Below are positions 9,832 through 20,204 of a stretch of 58,339 nt of DNA, piece by piece. The DNA comes from a virus (taxonomy: Duplodnaviria > Caudoviricetes): positions 1 to 58,339 of the IMG/VR virus record IMGVR_UViG_3300017700_000657; one strand, written 5' to 3'. Made by a program: the position numbers and the translations under genes. Position 1 is the first letter of the stretch; each line of letters starts with the position of its first letter. The notes below the pieces were generated by a model, which worked only from the letters and a program-made list of their open reading frames with translations, had not been told where the DNA came from and did no database searches.

Positions 9832-11891
9832 TCCACCTCAATCGCAAAAATCGCAGTTACAGCGACAACGGTGGCGAACGCGCCGACCGGAACACGGACC
9901 ACGATCATCCGGCGTTTAGCCGTGCCACGTTCGGGCTTGGCGCTGCTGGTTTTATCACCGCAGCTACCGGAGCCATCGGTGCCGGCACAGCTCTCTACGG
10001 CGCCACGCGCTCCGGCACGGGCACCGCTCCTCCTGCGCGCAACCTCGGCAACGAACTTGGCACCATCGCCAATCAGGTGCCTACGTTCGCGCAGCTTGGC
10101 TACAACAATCAGGCCCAATACAACGGCCAGCTCACGCAGCTCAACCAGAACAATTTCAACAACGCGATGCGCGGCAACTTTGACGTTGCTGCCTACGAAG
10201 CTGCCAACCCCGGCTTTATGGCGCAGTATCAGGCGGCGCAAGCGTCGGGCGAGAATCAGGGCTGGACGCCGGAGCAGTTTGCGCTCGCCAACTCAGGCAA
10301 CAACCAAAGCTCGCTCACTTACGGTCCCGGCTTTGGGCAGCAGCTTCGCAGTGCCTACGACTCGGCCAATCCGGCACTGGCATCCTACACACAAGGTCTT
10401 GGCTCCACGATGGCCGGACTCAACGCCAACGCGCCCGGCCCGGTAAGCGCCAGCGGATATTTTGCCAGCGGCTCAGGCAACACCAACGGCGCAGGGCAGG
10501 CCGCGCAGGCTGAGATTGGGCCGTTCGGCCCGACGAACTACGGAGCCAACGTGCAGCGACCAGCGGACATCGCCGGTCCGCAGAATGCCCGTGACGTGAA
10601 CGCCATGATGGTCAATGCCGACACCGGCTACGACCGCGTGAACGGCAATCTTGGCTTTGACCGCGTGCAAGCCAACACAGGTTTTGACCGCGTGCGGGCA
10701 CAACAGGGCGACATCGGGCTTAGCTCCGCCACACAACGGATGCTCACTGGTGGTCCGTCCGACATTCAGCGGTCGCTTGAAGATCAGGCGCGCACGGACC
10801 TCGCGCTTGGCGGTGCGCTGTCGCAAGAAGCCATCCGTAATTCACAGCAGGCGGCGCGTGAGGCCGGTGCGGCTCGCGGACTCATCAACAGCAACAGCAC
10901 CGTGGCGGCGGAAATCCTGAATCGCGATGCGGCCTCCAATGCGCGACTCAACGAGCGCCGTGGATTTGCCGCTGCCGTGGACCAGAAGGGTTTTGGTGAG
11001 CGCCAGCAGGGGTTCACCAATGCGCTCGGCGTGTCCAACGCGTTCCAGAACTACGGGGCGCAGGGATTGAGCGCGCAGCAGAGCAACCTGGGGGCGCAGC
11101 TTCAGGGTAACGCCCAGAACTTGGCCGCACAGCAGTCCAATCAGGGCGCGCGACAGGCGTCCAATGCACTGAATCTGCAAGGCCAACTCGGCAATCAGGA
11201 TGCGCGGGCGCGGGCGAACGCGCTCGGACTGCAAGGCCAGATGGCAAACGCCAGCAACAGCCTCACAGCGCAACAGGCCAACCAAGGCCGCGATCTGACG
11301 ATGAACAATCAGCGGTTTCAGGTGGCGAATTCCAACCAGAACGCCGCCACGCAGTATAACCAGCTTGGCCTCGGCTACGCCGGTCTCAACAACGACGCGT
11401 TCCAAGCGGGTGCCAATCGCCAACAGCAGGGCAGTCAGTTCAACACGACCGCGACGAACACGCAGAACCAGTTTAACGCCAATCTGGCGCAGCAGAACAA
11501 TCAATTCAACGCCAGTCAGACCAACGCCGCGGCGCAGTTCAACGCGGGCGCGTCGAACGACATCAATCGCTACAACGCCAGCTTGCAGGCGCAGAACAAT
11601 ACCGATGCGTGGAACCGGGCCATGGGCCTCGGCAACTTCATGGGTCAGCAGGCGATCAATCCGATGCAGTATTACGGGCTGATTCAGGGGCAGACGCCGG
11701 ACTACACATCGGCGCTGCTCGGCTATGGGTCGGACCTCAACAACACCAACTACAACGCGCAGGCGGGCGCCAATATCGCGCAGGGCAATAGCAATGCGGC
11801 GTTGACGGGCGCAGGGCTGGGGCTGATTGGTAATGCGGCGAGCATTTACGGCAACTACGCGGGGCAGGCAGCTAAAAAGCCCGGAACCTAA
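9828..11891 (+). CDS. DNA ejection/pilot-like internal virion protein
   Basis: Asn/Gln/Ala/Gly-rich with NQFNA repeats and Gly/Ala hydrophobic ends. Confidence 0.65.
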   Translation: MIHLNRKNRSYSDNGGERADRNTDHDHPAFSRATFGLGAAGFITAATGAIGAGTALYGATRSGTGTAPPARNLGNELGTIANQVPTFAQLGYNNQAQYNGQLTQLNQNNFNNAMRGNFDVAAYEAANPGFMAQYQAAQASGENQGWTPEQFALANSGNNQSSLTYGPGFGQQLRSAYDSANPALASYTQGLGSTMAGLNANAPGPVSASGYFASGSGNTNGAGQAAQAEIGPFGPTNYGANVQRPADIAGPQNARDVNAMMVNADTGYDRVNGNLGFDRVQANTGFDRVRAQQGDIGLSSATQRMLTGGPSDIQRSLEDQARTDLALGGALSQEAIRNSQQAAREAGAARGLINSNSTVAAEILNRDAASNARLNERRGFAAAVDQKGFGERQQGFTNALGVSNAFQNYGAQGLSAQQSNLGAQLQGNAQNLAAQQSNQGARQASNALNLQGQLGNQDARARANALGLQGQMANASNSLTAQQANQGRDLTMNNQRFQVANSNQNAATQYNQLGLGYAGLNNDAFQAGANRQQQGSQFNTTATNTQNQFNANLAQQNNQFNASQTNAAAQFNAGASNDINRYNASLQAQNNTDAWNRAMGLGNFMGQQAINPMQYYGLIQGQTPDYTSALLGYGSDLNNTNYNAQAGANIAQGNSNAALTGAGLGLIGNAASIYGNYAGQAAKKPGT

Positions 11892-11897
11892 ACTACC

Positions 11898-13325
11898 ATG
11901 GCCTACTCACCTGGAATCCAAGACCGCAGCGGCGAATACATCGCTCAAGGCATCAGCAACCTCGGAAACTCCATCCAGCAGGGGATGCAAAGCTATGCCC
12001 AGAACAAGACGATGGCCGCACAGGCTCTCGGCAAGTTCGAGGGCGCACTGAAGGCCAACCCTGATCTGCTGCAATTCCTCAACCCCGAGGAGCCGTCTCC
12101 CAATGCCCCGTCCGACGCGGTGAAGGCGTTTATGAAGCTCCAGAAGGACGGCACCGTGGGCGTGCGGGACGCGGCACTTTTGAGCACGTTTGCGGACACC
12201 TACACGAAGGCGAAGGAGGATAAGCAGATGGCGGAGATGCGGGCGATGCAGATGCAGCAGGCGCAGTTCCAATTGGCGCAGGCACAGCGTCAGCAGGCAG
12301 AGGAGGACGCTACAAATACCAAGATGCGGCAGATGGCGGCGCTTGGTCAGCAGCTTAATGCTGGCACACCGATGCAGCCTGCGGCCATGGGCGGTCCATC
12401 CGCGCTGTTTGGCCGCGCGCCAGATGGTCCGATGGCTCTTGGTGGGGCGGACTCGCTGGCAGGGCGCAGCGGCAATCTTAACGGTGGCGGCGTGGTGCGG
12501 CCGGAAGTGTCCGATGCTGCGCGCAGGTTCTTGGAGACTGGCGCCGGTCAATTGGCCTCGCAAGGCGTGCGCATGACGCCCGCTCAGATGGTTGCACTTC
12601 AACAGGCCGACAGCACGCGAGCTGGCGCGGCTGAACGTGCAGCGCTTGCGGCGCAGTCGCGGCTTGAGGTGCAGGGCTTGCGCAACGAGATGGGTCAGCA
12701 GGTTGGGACAGCCAAAGCCGAGGCCGCAGCAGCCAAAGCCGAAGCCGATGCGCTCAAGACCGGCAAGAAGGACTCGGCGCAGGTCTTTGACGAGACCAAG
12801 AAGCTGCGCGACGAGTTTGGCGCCAAGGATTCGGCCAAGAACTTCGCCATCGTCACCACCGCCTACAATCTGGCCAGAGACCTCGCAGCTCGCGGCACAC
12901 CGGCCGACGACATGGCGTTCGTCTACTCGGTAATGAAGGCTTACGATCCACGCTCCACGGTGCGTGAGGGCGAACGTGCGGACGCCAAGAACACGGGTTC
13001 GATTCCTGAGCGCATCTGGCAGCAATATAATCAGGCCGCGTCAGGTGAAACCCTTTCGCCAAAAATGCGCGCCGACTTCTTAAAAACGCTGGATGACGCA
13101 AGCAAGCGCCATCACGAAAATATGATGCGCGACGCGAAGCAGTATAAGGCCATCGCGGATAAGCGCGGGCTGGACCCGGATGAGGTGATCCCGCCTGAAT
13201 ATGTCAGTTGGACTCCGAATGCTTCGGCGGCGCCCGCGGTGGCACCAAAGGCTGCGCCGGCCACGCCGTCACTGGACGCAATCCTGAATAAGTATCCTCC
13301 ACGCCAAGGCTCCGGTCCGCGCTAA
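11898..13325 (+). CDS. Internal virion (ejection) protein
   Basis: Helical, Gln/Ala-rich; YDPRSTVREGE motif; position. Confidence 0.6.
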   Translation: MAYSPGIQDRSGEYIAQGISNLGNSIQQGMQSYAQNKTMAAQALGKFEGALKANPDLLQFLNPEEPSPNAPSDAVKAFMKLQKDGTVGVRDAALLSTFADTYTKAKEDKQMAEMRAMQMQQAQFQLAQAQRQQAEEDATNTKMRQMAALGQQLNAGTPMQPAAMGGPSALFGRAPDGPMALGGADSLAGRSGNLNGGGVVRPEVSDAARRFLETGAGQLASQGVRMTPAQMVALQQADSTRAGAAERAALAAQSRLEVQGLRNEMGQQVGTAKAEAAAAKAEADALKTGKKDSAQVFDETKKLRDEFGAKDSAKNFAIVTTAYNLARDLAARGTPADDMAFVYSVMKAYDPRSTVREGERADAKNTGSIPERIWQQYNQAASGETLSPKMRADFLKTLDDASKRHHENMMRDAKQYKAIADKRGLDPDEVIPPEYVSWTPNASAAPAVAPKAAPATPSLDAILNKYPPRQGSGPR

Positions 13326-13343
13326 TCGCGCCAATCACGCACC

Positions 13344-16300
13344 ATGCCCACCATCGCACAACTGGAAGACTCACTTGCGCAGGCTGACGCCGCGGGCGAC
13401 ACGGCATCAGCGCAGGCATTGGCTGACGCCATTCGCGCGATGCGGGCGCAGACCACGGCGGCTCCCGCGCACGACCCTTCCGCATCACTTGCCAGTGTTC
13501 AGCGCTCAGATGCACCGCCCGCCTTCAAAAGCCCGTTTGGGACGCCCGATGAGATGGCTAATCGCCTCGACAAGCAAATGGTCACAATGGGGCGCGTCGG
13601 CATGGCCGCGTCACCGATGGCCGTCCCCGGCTTTGGAGCAATCCCGATGGCAACCCGCGCGATGGTCGGCGGCGGCGCGTATCTTTTGGATGCGGTGAAC
13701 AACGGCGAGACACCGAAGTTGTCGAAGCTCGCGCAGACGATGTTCTTTTCGGGCGCACCGAATCCGCTTCCGGGCGCATCGGCGGTCGGCAACATCGCCA
13801 AGGGCGCGGGCGCGGCCGGTGCCACCGTTGCGGTCGGCAACGCACTGGAGCGGTCTATCGAGGAGCAGTCACTTACGCCCAACTGGGACGAATACAAAAC
13901 CTCGCTCAAGGACGCCATCGTGCCGGCGATCATCGGTTCCGCCGCGCTCAGCGTGGGCGGCAAGCTGCAATCCATGCAGAAGGTCCAGGCCGAGGCCGAC
14001 GCGGGCCGCGCTGCTGCCGCAGAGCTTGGCATGGCTGACCCGATGCTGGGCGACGTGCTGCCGAAGCGTTACGGAGCCATGCAGCAAAAGGTGGTCAGTA
14101 TCGACCCGACCATGCGCGCCAAACAGGACGCGGCTCGTGCGCCGATGGCCAAAGCTATTTTCGCGACGGCGACCGATGCTCCGCAGAACGAGCAGATTGC
14201 GGCGCAGTTGCAGCCGATTCTTGGCAAGGTGGATGAACTTGATGCTGCCTATAAAATGGCGGCACAGCGCATGGAGGAAGCGCAGGCGATGGTGACCAAA
14301 GCCAAGGCGGCGACCAATCTCGACCCTAAGACGCGCGCCGATGTTATTGCCGGCGCGCAGGCCGAGACCATGCGAGCCATTTCCGACCAAGCCAAGGCAA
14401 GCATCGCACTGACCGTTGGCGCCGACACCATCGGCACGCAGACTGGGCACGCGGAGGCCGTGCAGGACATTACCAAAAAGCTGTTCGGCGCGCGGTCGCA
14501 GGCGGCAGGCGAATTGCTGGCTGCTACGGGCATTCCTGACAATGCCGCTATTATCGGTCAGGACGCGCTCTACAGCGCCGCAAAGGCCGCGCTAGGCTCG
14601 GACGCGGAGCTTGTTGCGGGCAAGTCCATCCTTGAGACGATCAAGAATTGGGGAAGCAAGACTGCGCAGGATGCGGCAGTAACGAAGCAGCTCTCGATGG
14701 AACAGTTGGCTCGCAAGGCGCAGTTGGAGGGCCGCGATCCGGCGGAGGCGATACGTGCTGCGTTCCCGCCTAAATTTACCGTCAAGAATCCCGACACACA
14801 GAGAGTTGACCTTGCCGGCAACCCTGTGGCTGCTGCCGCATCCCCGCTTCCGGTCCAGTCCGCCGCTGCTGTCACGGCACCAGCGGAAAAGTTCCTGACC
14901 CTTGACGACTTCCGCCGTCTGCGCGACGCCATCAGTGACGGATTCCAAGGCAAGATCGACACGAACAACATGAACAACGCGGAGCGTCTTGCAGCCAAGA
15001 CGTATCACGCGATGTCCGACACGCACGTTGAAGAAATCGGGCGCCTGTTCCCCGACGCGGTGGAGCCGTATCAGAAGTTCCGCCAGTTCTGGCGAGACAC
15101 GTCCAAGCTGCGCGATTCCGACTTTGGTCGGGCACTGCTGCGCGGCGAAGTGGCCGACTCCACCGTTGCAGGTATGGCTGACAAGCTGGCGTCCGGCAAT
15201 GTGGACGAAATCAAAAACTTCAAAGCCTTCGTTGACCAGATCAAGCCGATGAACCCGGACGTGGCGAATGCCGCCATGGCCACCATGGGCAGCGCCGTCC
15301 GCAATTCGTTTCTCGAAAAGGCGACCGATGCTTACGGCGTGGATTACCGCAAGCTAGGGGAACTGCTCTGGCGTTACGCCGCGAAGAAAGACAGCCCGTT
15401 CCCGGTTGAGTTGTTCCGCATGGGTGACGCGCCCACGATCAAAGGCTGGGTGACTGCGCTGCGCGAGTTTAAGCCACACGATCTGACACCTGCTGCTATT
15501 CAGTCCGTGATGGAGTCTCCGCAGATTCAGCAAGTGCTCAACGTGGGCGGCAAAGACGCCACTGCGCAGGTCGCAAAAGCGATGGCCACTGTCGCATTCA
15601 CGAAACGCGTCAATGACGCCGTGGCGCTGCGCGAGGCCGGGTTGATGCAAAAGGCTCGCGAGGCGTTCGTGGAGGCCAACAGGCTCGCCAAGCGCGCAGG
15701 CGTTGACGCTCAGGCTGCGCAAGTCGCTATGCAGGCAGCGGAGCAGAACCCGCTCACGGGCGTATTCAAAGGCAAGGGAGGCTACCGACTGTCCAACGAG
15801 GCCGAAAAGATCGACGGCGCCGGAACAGTCACAGACCTCGTAGCCAACATGCGCCGCTCCGAGGCCAAGTCATTCATGGACGCGCTGCGTGACCAGAAGC
15901 CAGACTTGGCCGAGATGGTCGAGCGCCGGTTGGTCGCGAACGTGCTTCAGGGCATGATTCGCACGGAGCGCAATGTGCCGGGCCAAATCGTAAATCTGGA
16001 TACGCCAAAGGTGAGGTCGTTTTTTGAGTCGCTTCCGGGCGCTGATACGGACACCCGATTCAGCCAACTCTCCGCCGCTATCGGCCCGGAAAAGGCTGAA
16101 AGGTTGCGCAAGTTTGCGATGGGCGTGGCTAAAATGGACGACGCCAGCCGCGAGGCCATGATTTCGGCCAAGATGACACCCGAGGTTGTCAACGCTGCCG
16201 AGTTCGTGCGCACCGGGCAATCTGGAAGCATCCAGTCCGGCCGCTCCCTCGGTAGCTTGATGCGCCAAGGCATCAATATGATCCGCACCAAACGCTTCAA

Positions 16301-16460
16301 CCTAGCTTCCGCCGCGCTGCTGGATGACGGCTACCTGAACGCGCTTAACCGTAACGGTGACGACATTGCGGCAGGGTTGGCCGAACTTCCCCCGCAGCGC
16401 GCCTACCTGCTCTTGCAAGACGCGCGAATAATGAATGAACTCGGCCGCGACAAGAAATGA
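13344..16460 (+). CDS. Large internal virion (ejection) protein
   Basis: 1038 aa, Ala-rich and helical; last large late gene. Confidence 0.6.
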   Translation: MPTIAQLEDSLAQADAAGDTASAQALADAIRAMRAQTTAAPAHDPSASLASVQRSDAPPAFKSPFGTPDEMANRLDKQMVTMGRVGMAASPMAVPGFGAIPMATRAMVGGGAYLLDAVNNGETPKLSKLAQTMFFSGAPNPLPGASAVGNIAKGAGAAGATVAVGNALERSIEEQSLTPNWDEYKTSLKDAIVPAIIGSAALSVGGKLQSMQKVQAEADAGRAAAAELGMADPMLGDVLPKRYGAMQQKVVSIDPTMRAKQDAARAPMAKAIFATATDAPQNEQIAAQLQPILGKVDELDAAYKMAAQRMEEAQAMVTKAKAATNLDPKTRADVIAGAQAETMRAISDQAKASIALTVGADTIGTQTGHAEAVQDITKKLFGARSQAAGELLAATGIPDNAAIIGQDALYSAAKAALGSDAELVAGKSILETIKNWGSKTAQDAAVTKQLSMEQLARKAQLEGRDPAEAIRAAFPPKFTVKNPDTQRVDLAGNPVAAAASPLPVQSAAAVTAPAEKFLTLDDFRRLRDAISDGFQGKIDTNNMNNAERLAAKTYHAMSDTHVEEIGRLFPDAVEPYQKFRQFWRDTSKLRDSDFGRALLRGEVADSTVAGMADKLASGNVDEIKNFKAFVDQIKPMNPDVANAAMATMGSAVRNSFLEKATDAYGVDYRKLGELLWRYAAKKDSPFPVELFRMGDAPTIKGWVTALREFKPHDLTPAAIQSVMESPQIQQVLNVGGKDATAQVAKAMATVAFTKRVNDAVALREAGLMQKAREAFVEANRLAKRAGVDAQAAQVAMQAAEQNPLTGVFKGKGGYRLSNEAEKIDGAGTVTDLVANMRRSEAKSFMDALRDQKPDLAEMVERRLVANVLQGMIRTERNVPGQIVNLDTPKVRSFFESLPGADTDTRFSQLSAAIGPEKAERLRKFAMGVAKMDDASREAMISAKMTPEVVNAAEFVRTGQSGSIQSGRSLGSLMRQGINMIRTKRFNLASAALLDDGYLNALNRNGDDIAAGLAELPPQRAYLLLQDARIMNELGRDKK

Positions 16461-16888
16461 CCCGCTTCCTCCTTATCGCTCTCTGCCTCGCCCTCGCCGG
16501 ATGCGCACCCAAGCGCCTTGACCCACCAACGCTGACCTACGACACGCCGATCCTGACCGAGCTTTCGGCCAGGGCGCACGCCTCCACGATCAACGGAAAA
16601 CTCTACCTCGTGGCCGACACGCACAGCATGGAGCCGACGCTGTGGGGTGGCGACTTTGTTGTGGTCAGCGCCGCGCCCTACGACGAACTGAAGCTGGGCC
16701 AAATTATCACCTACCAAGCGGACTGGCAACCGGCTGGCGCACCGCCTGTCACGCACCGGCTGGCGCAGAAGGACCGCTTTGGCTGGATAATGAGCGGAGA
16801 CAATAACGCTCGCTACGAACCGCAGTGGCGCGTCACCGCAGCCAACTACATCGGCCTCGTGGTCGGAATATACCGCGTCAAAAAATGA
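16457..16888 (+). CDS. Lipoprotein with S26 signal-peptidase-like domain
   Basis: Lipobox LALAGC; SMEPTL (Ser), VTHRL (His) and GDNN motifs. Confidence 0.75.
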   Translation: MTRFLLIALCLALAGCAPKRLDPPTLTYDTPILTELSARAHASTINGKLYLVADTHSMEPTLWGGDFVVVSAAPYDELKLGQIITYQADWQPAGAPPVTHRLAQKDRFGWIMSGDNNARYEPQWRVTAANYIGLVVGIYRVKK

Positions 16889-17613
16889 AACCCACTCACT
16901 ATGCCAGGGGAGATGCCAACCAACGCGCCGAAGCCATCACCGTCGTCATTATCGCCCTTGCCTTAATCGGCGGTGGCCTGTTCGTGCTGAAGCCAAAGTT
17001 TTTGGACGGCGCGAGCAAGCGGGCCGAAACATCGAAAACCGCGACTGCCGCACTGGACGCAGCAACGACGGCGCAGGGCGCATCGGCAGCGGCGTCGGTC
17101 GCCAAGATTGGGGAGGCGAACACGATGGCGCCCGCCTCTCCGTCCAAGGATTTCATTGCCCGCGAGGTGCCGACCGCGCTTGCCAAGTTGCCGACGCCGG
17201 ACCCGCTGGCGCTACTGGAAGCCGAGAAGCGGCGTGTGGCCGTCATGGAGGGTCGGCTGACGGAGGCGGCACGGCTTTACGAAACGGAGGCCAAGCGCGC
17301 ATCGCAATTGCAGACCGAACGTGATGCAGCGCTGGCGGCGCGCAGGGCGGCTGATGTGGCTATTTCCGAGGCCGCGGCGGCGCAGTTGGCATCAGAGCGC
17401 CAGAGCACTATCCTTATCGGCGTATGCGTGCTGCTTGGCGGTCTATGGCTATACGCCAGATTCTTTTCAATTACGCCTGCGTCGCTCGGTGCTGCCATGG
17501 CATCGGTCAGGGCCGGCGAGAATCCGATTGCGGCGATTGATCGCGTCACGGCACCATGGTTGCACTCGCGGATTCGCGCTGCTGCAAAAATGGCGACGGA
17601 CATCGACAAGTGA
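16885..17613 (+). CDS. Membrane-anchored coiled-coil protein (spanin/lysis-like)
   Basis: Two hydrophobic segments flanking a coiled coil; ATGA overlap with the upstream gene. Confidence 0.5.
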   Translation: MKPTHYARGDANQRAEAITVVIIALALIGGGLFVLKPKFLDGASKRAETSKTATAALDAATTAQGASAAASVAKIGEANTMAPASPSKDFIAREVPTALAKLPTPDPLALLEAEKRRVAVMEGRLTEAARLYETEAKRASQLQTERDAALAARRAADVAISEAAAAQLASERQSTILIGVCVLLGGLWLYARFFSITPASLGAAMASVRAGENPIAAIDRVTAPWLHSRIRAAAKMATDIDK

Positions 17614-17769
17614 CCTTGGCTATGGTTAAAACACCACGCTTGAACACTGCCGCGCTAATGTTTAATAGGTATCGCCATACCGGAACAATGGGTAAAATGC
17701 CTATTCGCCAATGACGATAAATACCTAAGTATATGCGGCATGGAGGCCGCACATAGCTACCTACTTAAT

Positions 17770-18102
17770 ATGCCACCAGAAGAATTGGACAAGTTGGCCA
17801 AGAACATTGACCGCCTGCATTCGTTGCTCGGTCTTGCGCGCCTACTCGTGGGCGGATTCTGGGCGTGTCTCGTGGCGTTCGGTGGCGTAGCTGTCTGGGT
17901 CAATAGCACGACGGTGGCGCTGGCCACGACGCAGAAGGAGATTTCGTCCATCAAACAAGACAGGTCGGACGTGTTGCGCGATTACGCAACATGGCGCTCG
18001 AAGAAGGATGAGATTGATACCCGGCTCATGCAGATGATTGAGAATCAGCAGGAGCTGATTCGCCGGCAACAGGTGATTTTGGATCGGGTGACGTTGAAGT
18101 GA
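17770..18102 (+). CDS. Single-TM coiled-coil protein (holin-like)
   Basis: One TM segment then a coiled coil; end of the late operon. Confidence 0.45.
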   Translation: MPPEELDKLAKNIDRLHSLLGLARLLVGGFWACLVAFGGVAVWVNSTTVALATTQKEISSIKQDRSDVLRDYATWRSKKDEIDTRLMQMIENQQELIRRQQVILDRVTLK

Positions 18103-19848
18103 CTACGCCACGGCCGGCGTCAGCCCACCTCGTTCCCGCTTACTCTGCAAGATGCGGTCGATGGTGGCGGTAGCTTCAGCTTGGGTAAGCGTGGCGCAGG
18201 TTTGTTCGTCTAGGCCGAGTTGGTGCATCAAATGCAATTGCTTAGGAGTGGCTAGGTGCATCGAGGCGCGGGCATTGAGTCGGGCAATGATGCGGCTCGC
18301 GATGCCCTTGGTCTTGACACCTTCGACATTGAAGCCAAATCGCTTGATCAGCTCCAACTGCCCGACGCTCGCAGGGTGCGATTCCCAGTCATCCTTTGGC
18401 GTATAAGACGAAATGGCCGAGTCCCCGAGTGAGACTGCCCACGCAAGCGGATCGACGGTCCTGGCTTTCTTGGCGGCGTGCTTCTTGGCCTCCTTCTCTA
18501 GTGACTTGATGAAATCCCGCTCCGCCTTCTCGGCCGACCCCTCCTCTAGCGGGCCTTCGGACTTCATGCGCTCCTTGATTTCGGGCCGGTCGGTCACAAG
18601 GTCGTAGGCGTCGCACAGTTCAATCTCGTCGCATTTGCAGAACGGGTCATAGATCAGGAAATTGGGCTTCGCGGACGCAGCGATGGCGGCGCGGCGCTCC
18701 TCGGCGGTGAAAAGCCCGTCAACGGTGCCCTTGAGTGGGCGCGTGGCACGACCAATCTTTTGCCGGTAGTAGGAGCGCGACTTGGTGATGCCGGCAAAAA
18801 CAAAGTCCACATCGGGCACGTCAAAGCCTTCGGTGTAGAGTGCCGCGGTGCAGAGCATGATGCCGGTCCCTGATGTGGTGTCGTGCTCCACAAACACCTC
18901 GGTTTTCTCGTCGCGGTCAAGGCACTCGCCGGAAACGAAGATGGCGCGCAGTCCGTTTCGGTTCAGCGCCTCGGCCAGCATTTCAGCGGTCTTGACCGAT
19001 GGCATAAACGCCATGCCCTTGCGACCGGAGCCATGGAACGCCATGCGCGAGGCCAGCGCCTCGATAACAGGGATCATGCGCTCCGCGACCTCGGTCGGGT
19101 TGTAGTCGCTGCCGTGGCTGGTCCGCGTAGCACGCAAGCCTTTGAAGTTAATTGCCAGCGGTTCCATGATGGCTCGCGGCATTACGAGCCAGCCGTCTTT
19201 GACTGCGTTAAGCAACTGGTAGCGGTAGGCGATGGTCTGGTAGAACTCGCCGAGGTTGCGGTTACTAGATAGCTCTGGCGTCGCCGTTACACCTAGCACG
19301 TCACACTTTGGCTGATACGAACCGTCGATTGGCGGCTTCCATCCTTCGGCCAATGAATCGGCGCCGTAGTGAAAATAATTGAAGACCTTGGCCCAGCTCT
19401 TGGCGATGGAGTGATGTGCTTCATCACCAATTACTTGCGAAAAGTGATTGTCGGCAAATCCAGTCAAGCGTGCCGTGCGGCAAAGCGTCTGCACGGATGC
19501 GACTACGATAGGCACGAACGGCGACGCGTGCTCGCCAGCCATTTCAATGTCCACCTCAAGGCCAGTTTCCGAGCTAAGGCGTTTCGCTGTCTGCCTTACA
19601 AGAGCATCGCGGTTTTCAAGCACCAGCGTGCGTCCTCCGTCGCGCAGCCAGCGGTCACGGGCCATGATAGAGCAGATGGAGGTCTTGCCCGTTCCGGTCG
19701 CCATGTCGAGCAACTGGCGGCTGAACGCGCCCCAGTTTGCTTGAATTGCGGCGCGTGCGGCTTGCTGGTAGTCGCGCAGGTTGATGCGCAGTTCGGCAGC
19801 GGGCGCGGCTTCCACCTCGTCCCAGTCAATGTCGAGGAGGGCGCTCAC
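18103..19848 (-). CDS. Superfamily 2 DEAD/H helicase
   Basis: ATGTGKT, DEAHH, TATP, TEGFDVP and QKIGRATR motifs. Confidence 0.93.
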   Translation of the reverse strand: MSALLDIDWDEVEAAPAAELRINLRDYQQAARAAIQANWGAFSRQLLDMATGTGKTSICSIMARDRWLRDGGRTLVLENRDALVRQTAKRLSSETGLEVDIEMAGEHASPFVPIVVASVQTLCRTARLTGFADNHFSQVIGDEAHHSIAKSWAKVFNYFHYGADSLAEGWKPPIDGSYQPKCDVLGVTATPELSSNRNLGEFYQTIAYRYQLLNAVKDGWLVMPRAIMEPLAINFKGLRATRTSHGSDYNPTEVAERMIPVIEALASRMAFHGSGRKGMAFMPSVKTAEMLAEALNRNGLRAIFVSGECLDRDEKTEVFVEHDTTSGTGIMLCTAALYTEGFDVPDVDFVFAGITKSRSYYRQKIGRATRPLKGTVDGLFTAEERRAAIAASAKPNFLIYDPFCKCDEIELCDAYDLVTDRPEIKERMKSEGPLEEGSAEKAERDFIKSLEKEAKKHAAKKARTVDPLAWAVSLGDSAISSYTPKDDWESHPASVGQLELIKRFGFNVEGVKTKGIASRIIARLNARASMHLATPKQLHLMHQLGLDEQTCATLTQAEATATIDRILQSKRERGGLTPAVA

Positions 19849-20087
19849 TTAGCAGACGAAAATATATTCAGCCCCATAATCGCCCCCAGCACCAAGTCGC
19901 GATCCGCCTCGGTGGTGAACGCAATGCCGCCACCGGGCAGTTGCAGGGCCATCCAGCCCCGCGTTTCGGACAACGCCTCGATGGTGTTGCCAGCGCCAGC
20001 GCGCAGCTTGACGGCGGGCGTGGCAGAGCGCACGGCTTCGGGCCATGCGGGGTCGAGTTCGGCGGCGGTGATGGGTGGTTTGGTCAT
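19845..20087 (-). CDS. Hypothetical protein
   Basis: 80 aa; overlaps the helicase start. Confidence 0.6.
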   Translation of the reverse strand: MTKPPITAAELDPAWPEAVRSATPAVKLRAGAGNTIEALSETRGWMALQLPGGGIAFTTEADRDLVLGAIMGLNIFSSAK

Positions 20088-20096
20088 AATAATCAG

Positions 20097-20195
20097 TTAC
20101 CAGAATTTAAGGATGAAGTGGACGGCGACGTAGCCGACGGCGCACCAGAATATCAGGTGCGTGATGATTTGGAAGAATAGGAGGAAGCTTCTCAT
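20097..20195 (-). CDS. Small membrane peptide (32 aa)
   Basis: MRSFLLFFQIITHLIFWCAVGYVAVHFILKFW fills the gap. Confidence 0.45.
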   Translation of the reverse strand: MRSFLLFFQIITHLIFWCAVGYVAVHFILKFW

Positions 20196-20204
20196 GGGTA
20201 ATGT

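Noticed and set aside
11907-13025. Long antisense ORFs (also 51546-52586, 25736-26533, 23675-24439)
   Set aside because: Shadow frames of real genes in GC-rich DNA, with no motifs.
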